Shown: piece after piece, positions 1 to 9,486 of the stretch
Layout of the letters: every line of letters begins with the position of its first letter
How positions within the stretch are numbered: position 1 is the first letter of the stretch
Assembly: GCA_965205865.1 (NCBI GenBank)
Contig: CBDBHR010000028.1
Coordinates: 256,001 to 320,000 of the forward strand
Source: a bacterium
Lineage (GTDB): Bacteria; SAR324; NAC60-12
Reading direction: 5' to 3'
Length of the DNA stretch: 64,000 nucleotides
Program-made: the position numbers and the translations under genes
The notes under the pieces: model-generated
Seen by the model: only the letters and a program-made list of their open reading frames with translations
Told to the model about the DNA's origin: nothing
Databases searched by the model: none

Positions 1-1453
1 CAATCGCCTCGAATGTATAGATCAGATGGAGCGGCAAACCTTGCGAGATGTCGTGGAAAGCTCCCACTACCGCGTGGAGCACTTGGTAGCGCGTTTGCCA
101 TCTGGTCAATTTCAGATTCAGTCTACCGGCCTTGTCTTGGAATTGCAGCCAGCGTTGCACGGCTGCCTGAGACATCAATGGAAGCTCGGTCCAGCGCTCG
201 GTGGGAAGCGCGTTTAGAAGTCTCGCAGACAAATGTTTGTTGGCGATTTTCTGTGTCCCCACAACGAGTCTGACATTCGTCGGAAGTGGAAGAAGGTTCT
301 CGAACAGCGCTTCCATGTCCTCGTGATCTCGATGATCACGCCATACATGATCCAGCCCGTCGACAACCACGATCAGTCGGAGACCATCATCCTGCAGATG
401 GAGAGCCGCTGATTCGAGAAGTTCCACGAAGTTTTCACACGATCCTTTCAGAGCCGGAATTGACTCCTCAAGCTGATGTATAAATGATCGGGCTATTGCA
501 TGGTAGTGGAAGCGGCTCTCTGAACGGTCATCGAGACTCAGAAAATAGTGATGGCGTATGCATACGGAATTCTTCCGGTCTATACGCGCAACACAGTGGC
601 TGAGGTAAGTACTCTTGCCACGCCCAGGTGGGCCCCACAGCACCGTTATTCCGTCCGAACCGGTGATTTTTTCGAGAAAAGCTTTGTCAAAGTGTTCGTC
701 GGGTACGCTGTATGTGGTTGGTACAAGGAAGTCTTGCGGTATCGGCCTCGGACGTTCGACGGAAAACGCCTGTCGAAGATGGATGTATTTGATTTTGCCG
801 TCTGGGGCGGGTTGACTCTTTAACGTTGACCACCGTTGAACCTGTTGCTGGAACCGGGCCCATCCGCCACTGTCCGTATCGGAGGCGATCCTCGACCAAA
901 GCTTCTTTTCAAGATCATCGAGTACCGGTTGCGTGTGAATGAATTCGAAGCATTCGAAAAAAGACTCCGCTGCTTCTTGAGATCCGAGTTGCTTTTCAAC
1001 TAAAACTTTGTCTTCCTTGGACAGCAGAGCATAGTTGACCTTCTTACCTTCTAGTGATTTCGCAAACGTGGAATCCGGGACGCGATCCGTCTTAAGAACC
1101 GCTCGAGAAAGGGTACCGGTCTCTTTGTGATGGAGAGTAGTCTTGGCCCATTTTTGTAGAAGGGACTTTTTGCGAGCATTGCCCTTGTCGGTGAGCCAAT
1201 TCCAACTCAAATAGTTGGCTGGAGCAACTGGATCGGCTGTAAATTTGACCTGGATCAACTCGTAGAGGCCCTCGGGTGTGCAGGCAACCACATCTTCAAT
1301 AGATCGGAACGCTTGGTCTTCAGCTTCGAGTTGAACCCATGCATAGAGATTCCGTTTTCTGTAAAAGTTGATCAATATCTCAATGGCGACGAGATCCTGA
1401 TACTGGAAGCCTGCCCTAATCAGACCGACCTTTTTATAACCGTGTCCTGCCAT
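1..1453 (-). CDS. 5' part of a PD-(D/E)xK nuclease + STAND/NACHT NTPase protein (Avs-like anti-phage protein); runs off the left edge
   Basis: Manual translation from ATG at 1453 (GAGG upstream) is open to position 1. N-terminus RAGFQYQD...IEDVV...IQVK, Walker A GPPGRGKST (~608-634), Walker B IVVVDGLDHV, GxP motif SQGLPLHLIY near the edge. Confidence 0.85.
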   Translation of the reverse strand, partial: MAGHGYKKVGLIRAGFQYQDLVAIEILINFYRKRNLYAWVQLEAEDQAFRSIEDVVACTPEGLYELIQVKFTADPVAPANYLSWNWLTDKGNARKKSLLQKWAKTTLHHKETGTLSRAVLKTDRVPDSTFAKSLEGKKVNYALLSKEDKVLVEKQLGSQEAAESFFECFEFIHTQPVLDDLEKKLWSRIASDTDSGGWARFQQQVQRWSTLKSQPAPDGKIKYIHLRQAFSVERPRPIPQDFLVPTTYSVPDEHFDKAFLEKITGSDGITVLWGPPGRGKSTYLSHCVARIDRKNSVCIRHHYFLSLDDRSESRFHYHAIARSFIHQLEESIPALKGSCENFVELLESAALHLQDDGLRLIVVVDGLDHVWRDHRDHEDMEALFENLLPLPTNVRLVVGTQKIANKHLSARLLNALPTERWTELPLMSQAAVQRWLQFQDKAGRLNLKLTRWQTRYQVLHAVVGAFHDISQGLPLHLIYTFEAI

Positions 1454-1609
1454 TGTTTTCTGCCTCATCCCCAAAGTTTGGTCCGACAGTGGAAAGATCG
1501 AGATCGGAGACGCGGATCTTGCATGTCATCAGCATTTACAGAAACATCTTTAACAGGTTGTTGAGTACGGCGCGCTTGCGGCGGTGTCGATATTGTGGTT
1601 GATGGCGTA

Positions 1610-2499
1610 AGAACCTGTTTGAAATAAGTTGAGCTTCCTATTGGAAGTGTTCCATGTCACATTCATTTTGAGAAAAATGAAACCTTAATAACAAGGAGTG
1701 AACATGGAACGTTCAGGTTATAACAGTGATGTCAGTGATAAACAATGGGAAAGACTTCAAGAGTACCTTCCCGAACTTTCAACTCGTGGAGCCCACCTTC
1801 GTAAATGGGAACCACGAGTTATCATAAACGCCATTTTGTATGTAGTGACCACGGGTTGTCAATGGAGAATGCTTCCCAAAGATTTTCCTCCTTGGCAAAG
1901 TGTTTATTACCACTACAATAAATGGTGCAAGAACAACACTTGGTTCCTGATTCACCAGTTTCTCCATCGGCAAACCCGAATAGAAATGGGCAGAGCTCCC
2001 GAACCCAGTGCTGCAATGATTGATAGTCAATCCGTCAAAACCACGGAACTGGCTGATAGTCGAGGTTTTGATGGAAATAAACGAATCAAAGGGCATAAAA
2101 GGCATGTAGCTGTCGATATCTCGGGAATTCCTCTCATGGTTAAAGTCACTGATGCCAATGCCTCCGATTCCAAAAGTGCTTACGATCTTTTGGAATCGAT
2201 GTTTAGCTGGTTCTTTTCGATTCAGATGATTTGGGCCGACGGAGGTTATCGAGGGGAATTAGCCCAATGGTTATGGAATCGATTTCAATGTGAACTCGAG
2301 ATCACTCTAAACCTCCAAGGAACGGGCTTTCAGGTCCTACCGAAAAGGTGGATCGTCGAAAGAACCTTTTCCTGGTTTGGATGGTATCGAAGACTCAACA
2401 TCGATTATGAAAGAAAAACAAAAAACTCTGAAAACAAGATCTATGTCGCTATGATTTGCTTGATGTTAAAGAGAATTAAATGACTTTCAAACAGGTTCT
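1610..2499 (+). mobile_element. IS5-family insertion sequence, apparently complete
   Basis: Perfect terminal inverted repeats AGAACCTGTTTGAAA (1610-1624) / TTTCAAACAGGTTCT (2485-2499), each flanked by TA, enclosing a transposase. Confidence 0.92.
1698..2483 (+). CDS. IS5-family transposase
   Basis: TGCQWRMLPKDFPPW N-terminal motif; DDE motifs IDSQSVK, WADGGY, RWIVERTFSW. Confidence 0.95.
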   Translation: MNMERSGYNSDVSDKQWERLQEYLPELSTRGAHLRKWEPRVIINAILYVVTTGCQWRMLPKDFPPWQSVYYHYNKWCKNNTWFLIHQFLHRQTRIEMGRAPEPSAAMIDSQSVKTTELADSRGFDGNKRIKGHKRHVAVDISGIPLMVKVTDANASDSKSAYDLLESMFSWFFSIQMIWADGGYRGELAQWLWNRFQCELEITLNLQGTGFQVLPKRWIVERTFSWFGWYRRLNIDYERKTKNSENKIYVAMICLMLKRIK

Positions 2500-2816
2500 T
2501 AAAGAATCTTCTCCTTTATTCAAATCGTCTGCTAGATATTTTTCCATTTGATGAACAGCCTTCCCTACTAATTGCTTATGTCGCAACTATTTTTTAGGCT
2601 CAATATAATTTTGTTCTTTTTCTTCCATTTTTTCTTGTGTGATCTTGGCAAGATATAGAACAAATTGTGCTGCCATATCCGGATTTTCACATAGGCTTTT
2701 GAGAACGGTTAGTCGGGTAATGTTAAACCATTTACCTTCGTACAGTTCTTGAACTAAAGAGAAAGTTTTTGAATTTTCTTTGATATGGCTGAGGAAGTTT
2801 TTTTATTTGAAGGCAT
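2500..2816 (-). pseudogene. Frameshifted hypothetical gene, cut by the IS5
   Basis: ATG at 2816 (MPSNKKTSSAISKKIQKL) hits a stop; a shifted frame continues LVQELYEGKWFNITRLTVLKSLCENPDMAAQFVLYLAK. Confidence 0.45.
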
Positions 2817-2952
2817 GATAATAATTTTGCTATTGATTTGACAATGTACCAGGAGTCACAACAGCCGGGGTTGATAAGCGGACCTAGCGGAGCGGTCCGT
2901 TTATCAGAGTAATAATCGGATGGTGTGGCAGAAATATGTTGAACAGCAATAT

Positions 2953-5661
2953 TTAAAACCCTGGAAGTTTGAACCTCATGGTCACTTCACCGCTGCCTCG
3001 GTCAATTTGGATCATTTTTTGATCCTCATCAACGGATTCCAGTTTCTTCCCTGTTGCCATTTCCATCAGGCCTCCTAAAAACTGCAACCCATTGTTTAAA
3101 ACACTTTCGACCTTTTCAACAGGCTGACTGGCAAAGATATTGGCCGGTTCCGGCTCACCGACGGCTTCCGGCTGTTCAGGAATCGTTTCTTCCGAAATCC
3201 CCACTGTTTCTGCCTCCGGGATGGCTGGTTCGGTTTCTGTCACCTCCTCCTGCAGGGCTTGAGGGTTGAGAAACCCCGGCGCATCTTCAGGGATTTCTTC
3301 GGAGGGCATCGATTCATAGGCGGGGGGCAGAGGTTCTTCTCCCATCATGGCCCGCAGCTGGTTCAGCATTTCCTGCTTCTTTTCTCGTGAAAACTCCACT
3401 TGATCGGCACCGCCTTCAAAAACGCCTTTGAATAAATCGGTTTTCAATTGGATGCCGGTCAGTATTTTTTCTTCAATACTGCCTTTGGAAATAAAATTGA
3501 CCACATTGATACATTTACTGGTTTGTCCGATCCGATTGACACGCCCAATCCGTTGATTCATTTTGGCCGGATTCCAGGGCAACTCAAAATTGATCACACA
3601 ATCTCCTGCCTGCAGATTCAATCCGGTTCCTCCGGCATCGGTTGACAGAAAGATCCGACACTCCGGATTATTGGTGAATTCATCAATCAAGGCCTGCCGT
3701 TTTTTGACAGGAACTTTGCCGGTCAGCTCCACAAAGGAAATGCCGACATTGGATAAATGTTTGGCAATCAAAAAGGTCATGGTGGTCCATTCACTGAAAA
3801 TCACCACTTTTCTATTATTCTGGAGGACCAGTTCCTCTAAAATCCCTTCCAACTCTTTTAGTTTTGGAGAAATGTTGGTTTTCCGATCAATCAGATAGGT
3901 GGAGTCACAAACCATCCTCATTTTGACCATCAATTCCTGAATGCGTCTCACATCCATAGGAGTGAGGAACTTTTTATTCAACAGGGGTAACAGTAATTGG
4001 AGGTAGCCACTGTGAATGTTTGCCTGTTCGTGGGTCAATTCCAAATAGTAATTATTGACCAACTCCTGGGGAAGATCCTTCAAAACCTCTTCTTTTTTTC
4101 TTCGAATCACCAAAGGTTTCAGTTTTTGCGCCAGTAACTCCAGGTTGCGATAGCCCAGGATTTTTCCTTTTTTATCTTTGCTGAGCATGAAATGCTCTGC
4201 AGTAAAAATCCAAAATGGACCCAGGAGATGCGGGTCTAAAAACTGGACGATGGAATAGACATCTTCCAGTTTATTTTCCAAAGGCGTCCCGGTCAGCACA
4301 AGAGCCTGTTTTCGGGGAATACCTTTGACTGCATCAGCGGTTTTGGTGTTAAAATTTTTGATGCGCTGGGCTTCATCCAGGATCACCAAATCCGGTTTAT
4401 AGATCGAAAGGATGGTCACATCTCTCAAAACCGCCTCATAATTGGTGATCTTAAAGAGGTGGCTGGTATTCATGTAGATGTCCTTCCGTTTCTGAGCAGA
4501 TCCCTCGATAATCATGGCTTTTTCATCAGAAAACTTTTCAATCTCTCGATTCCACTGTTCCTTCAAGGAGGCCAGGGTGACGACCAGGATTTTTTTGAAT
4601 CCGAAGATTTCTTTTTTTAAAATCCCCAGGGCAATGGCCTGCAGTGTTTTTCCCAGTCCCATCTCATCGCCAATAAGGACGGCTTTCTTAAAAACCCCAA
4701 ACCGGATCCCCTCTTCCTGATAAGGATAGAGTTTGGTCTTAATCATGTCGGTGGAGGGAAAACCATCCGCCTGAATTTCCTGAAGCTGCTGCTCTTCGAG
4801 AATATGGTCCAAATGTCCCAGAACCGGTTCCTGGATGCGCACCAGTTTATTGTCTCTCAATTGGGAGGTGTGGGGGAAAAAGCGAGAAAGGTCTTCAGGA
4901 ATGAACTGCCCCTGCTCATCAAAACACTCAGAGAGGCTTTCCCGCAATTCCAGGAAGGATGCTTCTTTTCTTTCACAAAAAAACCGGGGTTTACCGGAAA
5001 TGGAATCCCAGTAAATATCGAGAAAAGGAAACGCTTCTTTAGCCACTTGTTGCTCAAACTTTTTCTCCTTTTTAAGTTCTTCCACACAAAAGAAAAGGTG
5101 CTTACAGACCTCCAATTGGCTTGTCAAAAAATCAGGACAACTGCAATGGCCTGTTCCGGAGATCGGATCATGCAGCGTGATGCTGTATTGTTTTCCCCGT
5201 TCCGTTTCTACCAAATGTTCTCCTTTGAACGTATCTCCCTGGATCAGTTTTAAATTTTCGGAGACCGCCCGTTTTTTTCGATCTTCCATGACCTGTTTCT
5301 TGAGTTCTTCCCGTGAAAGCAACGGCTTCTCTGCTTCGATTGCTTCCTCGTCTTCCACTACTTCTACATCGGTCCATTCTTCCAATTTATCTTTCAGGTC
5401 CAACAACATCCCTACGGCATGTTTGCAGCCATTGCCGGGATAAGGACAATCACACCGGACTTCCCAGTCGTCCTGCTTAAAATTGATCAGAGTGGCATAA
5501 TCCCCGTAGTTTCCATCGACTTCATAAGCAAAATTCCCCATATCCGGATTAAAGGTGGTGCAATAATACGCCCCCGCTTCGTAGATATGGATTCCCCTTT
5601 GGAAGATAATGTCTGAATCCGCAATATTTTCATTGATATAATTAACCGATAAATCGTACAT
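2953..5661 (-). CDS. SNF2-family helicase with two SWIM zinc fingers
   Basis: CDCPYPGNGCKH and CSCPDF...CKH SWIM motifs; DEMGLGKT, DEAQ, LTGTP, QRIGRVNRIGQ helicase motifs. Confidence 0.93.
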   Translation of the reverse strand: MYDLSVNYINENIADSDIIFQRGIHIYEAGAYYCTTFNPDMGNFAYEVDGNYGDYATLINFKQDDWEVRCDCPYPGNGCKHAVGMLLDLKDKLEEWTDVEVVEDEEAIEAEKPLLSREELKKQVMEDRKKRAVSENLKLIQGDTFKGEHLVETERGKQYSITLHDPISGTGHCSCPDFLTSQLEVCKHLFFCVEELKKEKKFEQQVAKEAFPFLDIYWDSISGKPRFFCERKEASFLELRESLSECFDEQGQFIPEDLSRFFPHTSQLRDNKLVRIQEPVLGHLDHILEEQQLQEIQADGFPSTDMIKTKLYPYQEEGIRFGVFKKAVLIGDEMGLGKTLQAIALGILKKEIFGFKKILVVTLASLKEQWNREIEKFSDEKAMIIEGSAQKRKDIYMNTSHLFKITNYEAVLRDVTILSIYKPDLVILDEAQRIKNFNTKTADAVKGIPRKQALVLTGTPLENKLEDVYSIVQFLDPHLLGPFWIFTAEHFMLSKDKKGKILGYRNLELLAQKLKPLVIRRKKEEVLKDLPQELVNNYYLELTHEQANIHSGYLQLLLPLLNKKFLTPMDVRRIQELMVKMRMVCDSTYLIDRKTNISPKLKELEGILEELVLQNNRKVVIFSEWTTMTFLIAKHLSNVGISFVELTGKVPVKKRQALIDEFTNNPECRIFLSTDAGGTGLNLQAGDCVINFELPWNPAKMNQRIGRVNRIGQTSKCINVVNFISKGSIEEKILTGIQLKTDLFKGVFEGGADQVEFSREKKQEMLNQLRAMMGEEPLPPAYESMPSEEIPEDAPGFLNPQALQEEVTETEPAIPEAETVGISEETIPEQPEAVGEPEPANIFASQPVEKVESVLNNGLQFLGGLMEMATGKKLESVDEDQKMIQIDRGSGEVTMRFKLPGF

Positions 5662-6158
5662 TTTTTTTCTCCATTATATGAGTGAATAGTGGCATTGTTC
5701 ATTAGAGCAGTATTATCAACAGATACCAATGACGTAAAGAAAAATTTGAAAAATTTCGATTTGAAGGGGTTGGATGGTTCAGGTGCCGGATAGATAACGA
5801 TAGTCGTGGCTGATTCGGTCTGGGAGGCACAGTCTCTTAGCAGTCATATTCTTCGCAAAATGGCAAGAGATCCAATGGTGTACATTTAATATTTAATTAA
5901 CGTAGATAAAAGTGTACTTCAAACTAAAGGGTTTCGCCAGGTGATTATATTTTATGGGAAGCGGTTTTGGTAGGACAGAGCGGCTTTGCGCAGTGCCGGA
6001 CTATTGACCAAAGCCAGAGAACGTCGCAGCGACATTTAATGCATTCAAACTCTTTTTGCAAAAAAGGGAAATCAGGGGTTGACATCATCATGCATTATAT
6101 ATTCCTGGAAGATTGTTTGGGGAAGAGTGGAAGTGGTATTTTGGACTTAAGTGCGCTT

Positions 6159-6290
6159 AGAACCTGTTTGAAAGTCATTTATTCTCTCCAGGAAAAGGTT
6201 CTTTCGACGATCCACCTTTTCGGTAGGACCTGAAAGCCCGTTCCTTGGAGGTTTAGAGTGATCTCAAGTTCACATTGAAATCGATTCCAT
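6159..6290 (-). mobile_element. Internally deleted remnant of the same IS5 (right end)
   Basis: Same inverted repeat AGAACCTGTTTGAAA joined to ~100 bp nearly identical to the reverse complement of ~2272-2374; the intervening ~95 bp are missing. Confidence 0.9.
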
Positions 6291-6314
6291 CTGCTAGATA
6301 CCCATACGGATGAA

Positions 6315-6850
6315 ATGGCTGGAGTGACACAGTTCCTCTTAGACAATATGCCCAAAATGGATGACCGCGCGGCAAAATGGCTATCGGATGCAGTAGTACC
6401 GGGACCTTTCTTGACAAAGCCGCTAGATTGGTATGGCCCAAGCCAGCCAAGGACCGTTAAGCCCATACCTCGCTCAGAGTCTTCAATTAAGTTTGACGAG
6501 AAAAAAGAACGTGAGAACAATTACAAGAAATGGTCCGACAAATTTTCTGAGACGAAACCACATCGTTTTGTTGAAAAGCTGGGGAAGATACTGCACTCCA
6601 TTTTTCCCTCCACAAAAGTTCTCGCTCGCCTGGAACCGAACTGGCCGAATGGGAAAAGCATTGACTTTCTCATCCCATCCATAAAATAGCCTTCGCTTAT
6701 CAGCATTCAAATACACCTGATACCCGTATCTTGGAGGCTGTTAAATGGTGTGATGGAAACGGATACAGGCTTATCATGATTGACGGTCCCAACGCAGTAA
6801 CGGAAAGCTCTCTACGCTCGCGTCTCAGAGAAATGCTACTCGAACTATGA
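6315..6850 (+). pseudogene. Frameshifted hypothetical gene with a degenerate PD-(D/E)xK / DUF559-like C-terminal domain
   Basis: ORF stops at 6689 (...SIDFLIPSIK); a shifted frame continues IAFAYQH...KWCDGNGYRLIMID to TGA at 6850, matching a DF.IP..KIAxEYQ-type pattern. Confidence 0.45.
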
Positions 6851-6896
6851 GCAGCTCTTTCAGGACTATCTGATTCCGCTAAAAGTGGGTCAAGCC

Positions 6897-8378
6897 GTGC
6901 GCCAGGAAAGCTGGCAAGAAATAGAGAGTGAAAGTCTCTTACTCGGTAAGGCAGTAACGACCCGCCGAGTCCCCGAGTCATGAGTGGCTATTCGCAAGGA
7001 TAGGCGCTAAGCGTTGACAGGGGAGAACATAGGTTCGGTATTGAGCTCCGAAATCATAGTTTCAGGTGCTGACCTTGTAGTCTGCTGGGGAAGGCAATAT
7101 CAACCGAAGGCGTTAGCGTGAGTCTCGACTGAGCCTGGCGGAGTCGAAGACCCGGCGCATGTGTGGAAGTTTCTTGATCGGAACCTGGGAGATCCTGAAG
7201 ACGACTGTCAACATTCTATTGGTAGTCGGATCGGGAAAATTAATAAATAACCCCGATATCTACGTCTTCAGGAAGTCGGACAAGTTCGTAGTAGCGTGAG
7301 CAGCCGACAAGGCTGTGGATTTTGGAGAGTGAAAGTCTCTCTGTCGTCAGTTTCCCATTCGGGCGACTAGCATATCCGGTGCGCTTAGCAGGTAACTGCT
7401 TTGCGTTCTGCCCGGAAGTAAAAGTCACCGTCTGCTTTGGACGAGAGTCCATAGTGGGAGCCAACAGGGTGGCGAGCAAACCTGGAGGCCTGAACATTAG
7501 TGAATGATTGCAGCTCCGAAAGAGACTTCCGTCGTGAATTGGCTTGACGGTGTGTTGCCCAACCGCCGACCCGCTCGCTACTCGGGGAAGGCCGAAGTTC
7601 CAAGGGAAGTAATGGGAACAGGCACCTTGGAGGGAGCCGGAGTATGGATCCAAGCATCCAGGGAAAGATCCACAGAGATAACGTCGGGAAGGGCCAACTT
7701 CCAGCAGGGACTCGCAATAACCTGCAAGGACCTACCGTATAGGGTAACACCGAAATCGGCAGGAGGATTTTGGTCTGGCGCATGAGTCCGTATGAGCGAT
7801 GAAGACCGGGTAACGCTGGTCGAGGGGATGCTTGGACATCTCCCTTTTGGAGGTAACACCTCTAAAAGGCAAAGGGGCTCTCGGTAAATGGCGGGCATTT
7901 CATGAACCACTGCCGAACTTGTGTCGGTCAAGAGTGTCACCACAAAGAATGTCGAGCTGGAGATCAAATCACTCACTCCAGGGGTGAATGCAGGCGAGTG
8001 CTTAAGCTTCGGATTGGGTGGGAAGGGTTTCTGGGGAAACGCTGTTGCTGCCAACCGGACTCGGGAAATCCGACCGTCCGGGATGAGAGGGGGGCTTGCG
8101 GAAACGTGATGCAGGGTCTGACGCCCTTTTGCCACGAAACCGGAAACGGGGGATACATTGGAAGTCGTTGACCTAAACATGCGCGCGCCGTATTTCTACC
8201 CGGCATGAAGCGGCGAACAATGAGATCATTTGTAGAGAGTAACAATGCAAAGGAAATCAACGGAGCCTGTGGAGCAAAGGGACTTGGCTGAGAGGAATTC
8301 TGCTTGCCCTCCTGTGTTCGGAACTCAGAGGCCGGTAAAATCAGAGAGCGGTTTAAGCAGGGTGCGCCAAACGGCAAC
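6897..8378 (+). mobile_element. Outer group II intron (class E-like), 3'-truncated and interrupted in domain III by a second intron
   Basis: Starts GTGCG; domain I motifs (GTGAAAGTCTCT, ATTGAGCTCCGAAA, GGGGAAGGC, GGAACCTGGGAGA); GAAGTCGGA junction. Domain III resumes at 8205 (ATGAAGCGGCGAACAA...GGAGCAAAGGGACTTG). Intron-encoded protein start TQRPVKSESGLSRVRQTA then breaks off; no DV/DVI. Confidence 0.85.
7296..8204 (+). ncRNA. Inner ORF-less group II intron (909 nt), non-canonical
   Basis: Starts GTGAG; EBS1 loop GCTACT (7577-7582) is complementary to the 5' flank AGTAGC (7290-7295); DV-like hairpin 8052-8085; DVI ends TTCTACCCGGC with a bulged-A candidate at 8198; short DIV with no RT ORF. 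Confidence 0.85.
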
Positions 8379-8467
8379 GTTTACCTGACCAGGAACGCGG
8401 ACAATCAGTACCCAAATCTCACTGATCTTCAAGAATGGGTCATGTCCGATATTGAAAGGTTTGTGGC

Positions 8468-8670
8468 ATGACTATGTTGAAAAAGAATCCCCTTAAAATC
8501 ACCCCTATCAAAGGTAGTCCGATGCTGCATTGGGTGGGCAAGAAGCCGTTGGACGTGGAGCGGTATTTCCAGCACAGTTATGCGAAACCCGTCGGCGTGG
8601 ACAATCCACCGGCCGAGTCGTCATACTTGGAATTTGTGAAAAGCGATTACAATCTGCTTTTTCATGGGGA
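8468..8670 (+). pseudogene. N-terminal fragment of a type III restriction-modification methyltransferase (Mod-like), frameshifted and truncated
   Basis: KG.PMLHWVGKKPL followed by FPAQLCE in another frame and NLLFHGD, then unrelated sequence. Confidence 0.6.
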
Positions 8671-8869
8671 CACAGTGGTAAGCCCCCGGAGTTGTTACGA
8701 AAGGTTCCGGGTCAGTTCAGTTTTGGATGCTCTCAAGGGAAAAAATCATTTAAGGTATTGAAAATTGGTAAGCAGAAAATTAGATCGAGTGAAGAAACTG
8801 AAGAAATAATAGCTGGCATTCCCTGATATGAATATTCTGGTACTCTCCGGCGAAAGTGCGTAGATGCCC

Positions 8870-9262
8870 TCATTCACGACGGATTGGCATCAGTTTGACA
8901 TGCTCCTCCAGCCAGGAGAGAAGCTCCGCGAAGCGGAAGGAGTTGGTCTTGAACAGCTTCATAAAGTGATTATAGGCCTCGCGGTTATCGCAGTCGATGA
9001 AATGACTGTTCAGACGGAGGAAGGTATCGGTGGCGCCGAGAGCGGTACGTTTGTTACCGTCCACGAAAGGATGGTTCATAGCGAGACTCTCCATCAAGGC
9101 GGCAGCCTCTTCTATCAGTCCGTCGTAGTAACCCATCTGCGGGCGCAAGAGAGCGGATTCCAACGCTCCCATGTCACGAAGACCGGCGGCGCCACCTGTT
9201 TCTGAAAGCAAGGCGTCATGAATGGCCACGACTTCTTCGATAGTGGGGAAACTGCGGGTCAT
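8870..9262 (-). CDS. doc: Doc/Fic-family toxin (death-on-curing)
   Basis: HPFVDGNKRTA Fic motif and GLRDMGALESAL; 130 aa. Confidence 0.92.
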   Translation of the reverse strand: MTRSFPTIEEVVAIHDALLSETGGAAGLRDMGALESALLRPQMGYYDGLIEEAAALMESLAMNHPFVDGNKRTALGATDTFLRLNSHFIDCDNREAYNHFMKLFKTNSFRFAELLSWLEEHVKLMPIRRE

Positions 9263-9486
9263 TCAGCAAGCAATTCATAAAGCAGACGATTTTTCTCGAG
9301 GCTGGCCTGAAAGTGCGCCATCACCTCGGGGCGTACTTTCTCGCGGACCTTGTTTTCGATGTAGCCGCGCATGGCGTCTTCGAGGACTGCTTGAAAATGA
9401 CGGCCTTCCCGGCGGGCGATCGCTCGCATTTCCGACAACAACTCCGGCGAAGCCTGGCTCGAGAATTTTTCACGTGAAACATCCAT
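9259..9486 (-). CDS. Putative antitoxin of the Doc toxin (ribbon-helix-helix-like)
   Basis: 75 aa, overlaps the doc start by 4 nt, ends KNRLLYELLAE like Doc-associated antitoxins. Confidence 0.75.
   Translation of the reverse strand: MDVSREKFSSQASPELLSEMRAIARREGRHFQAVLEDAMRGYIENKVREKVRPEVMAHFQASLEKNRLLYELLAE

Noticed and set aside
1610-6290. Composite transposon carrying the SNF2 gene
   Set aside because: The second IS5 copy is a deleted remnant with only its right end, facing inward, so no outer end pair exists.
7240-8377. Several overlapping ORFs of 60-200 aa
   Set aside because: They lie in structured intron RNA and have no RT motifs (no YADD).
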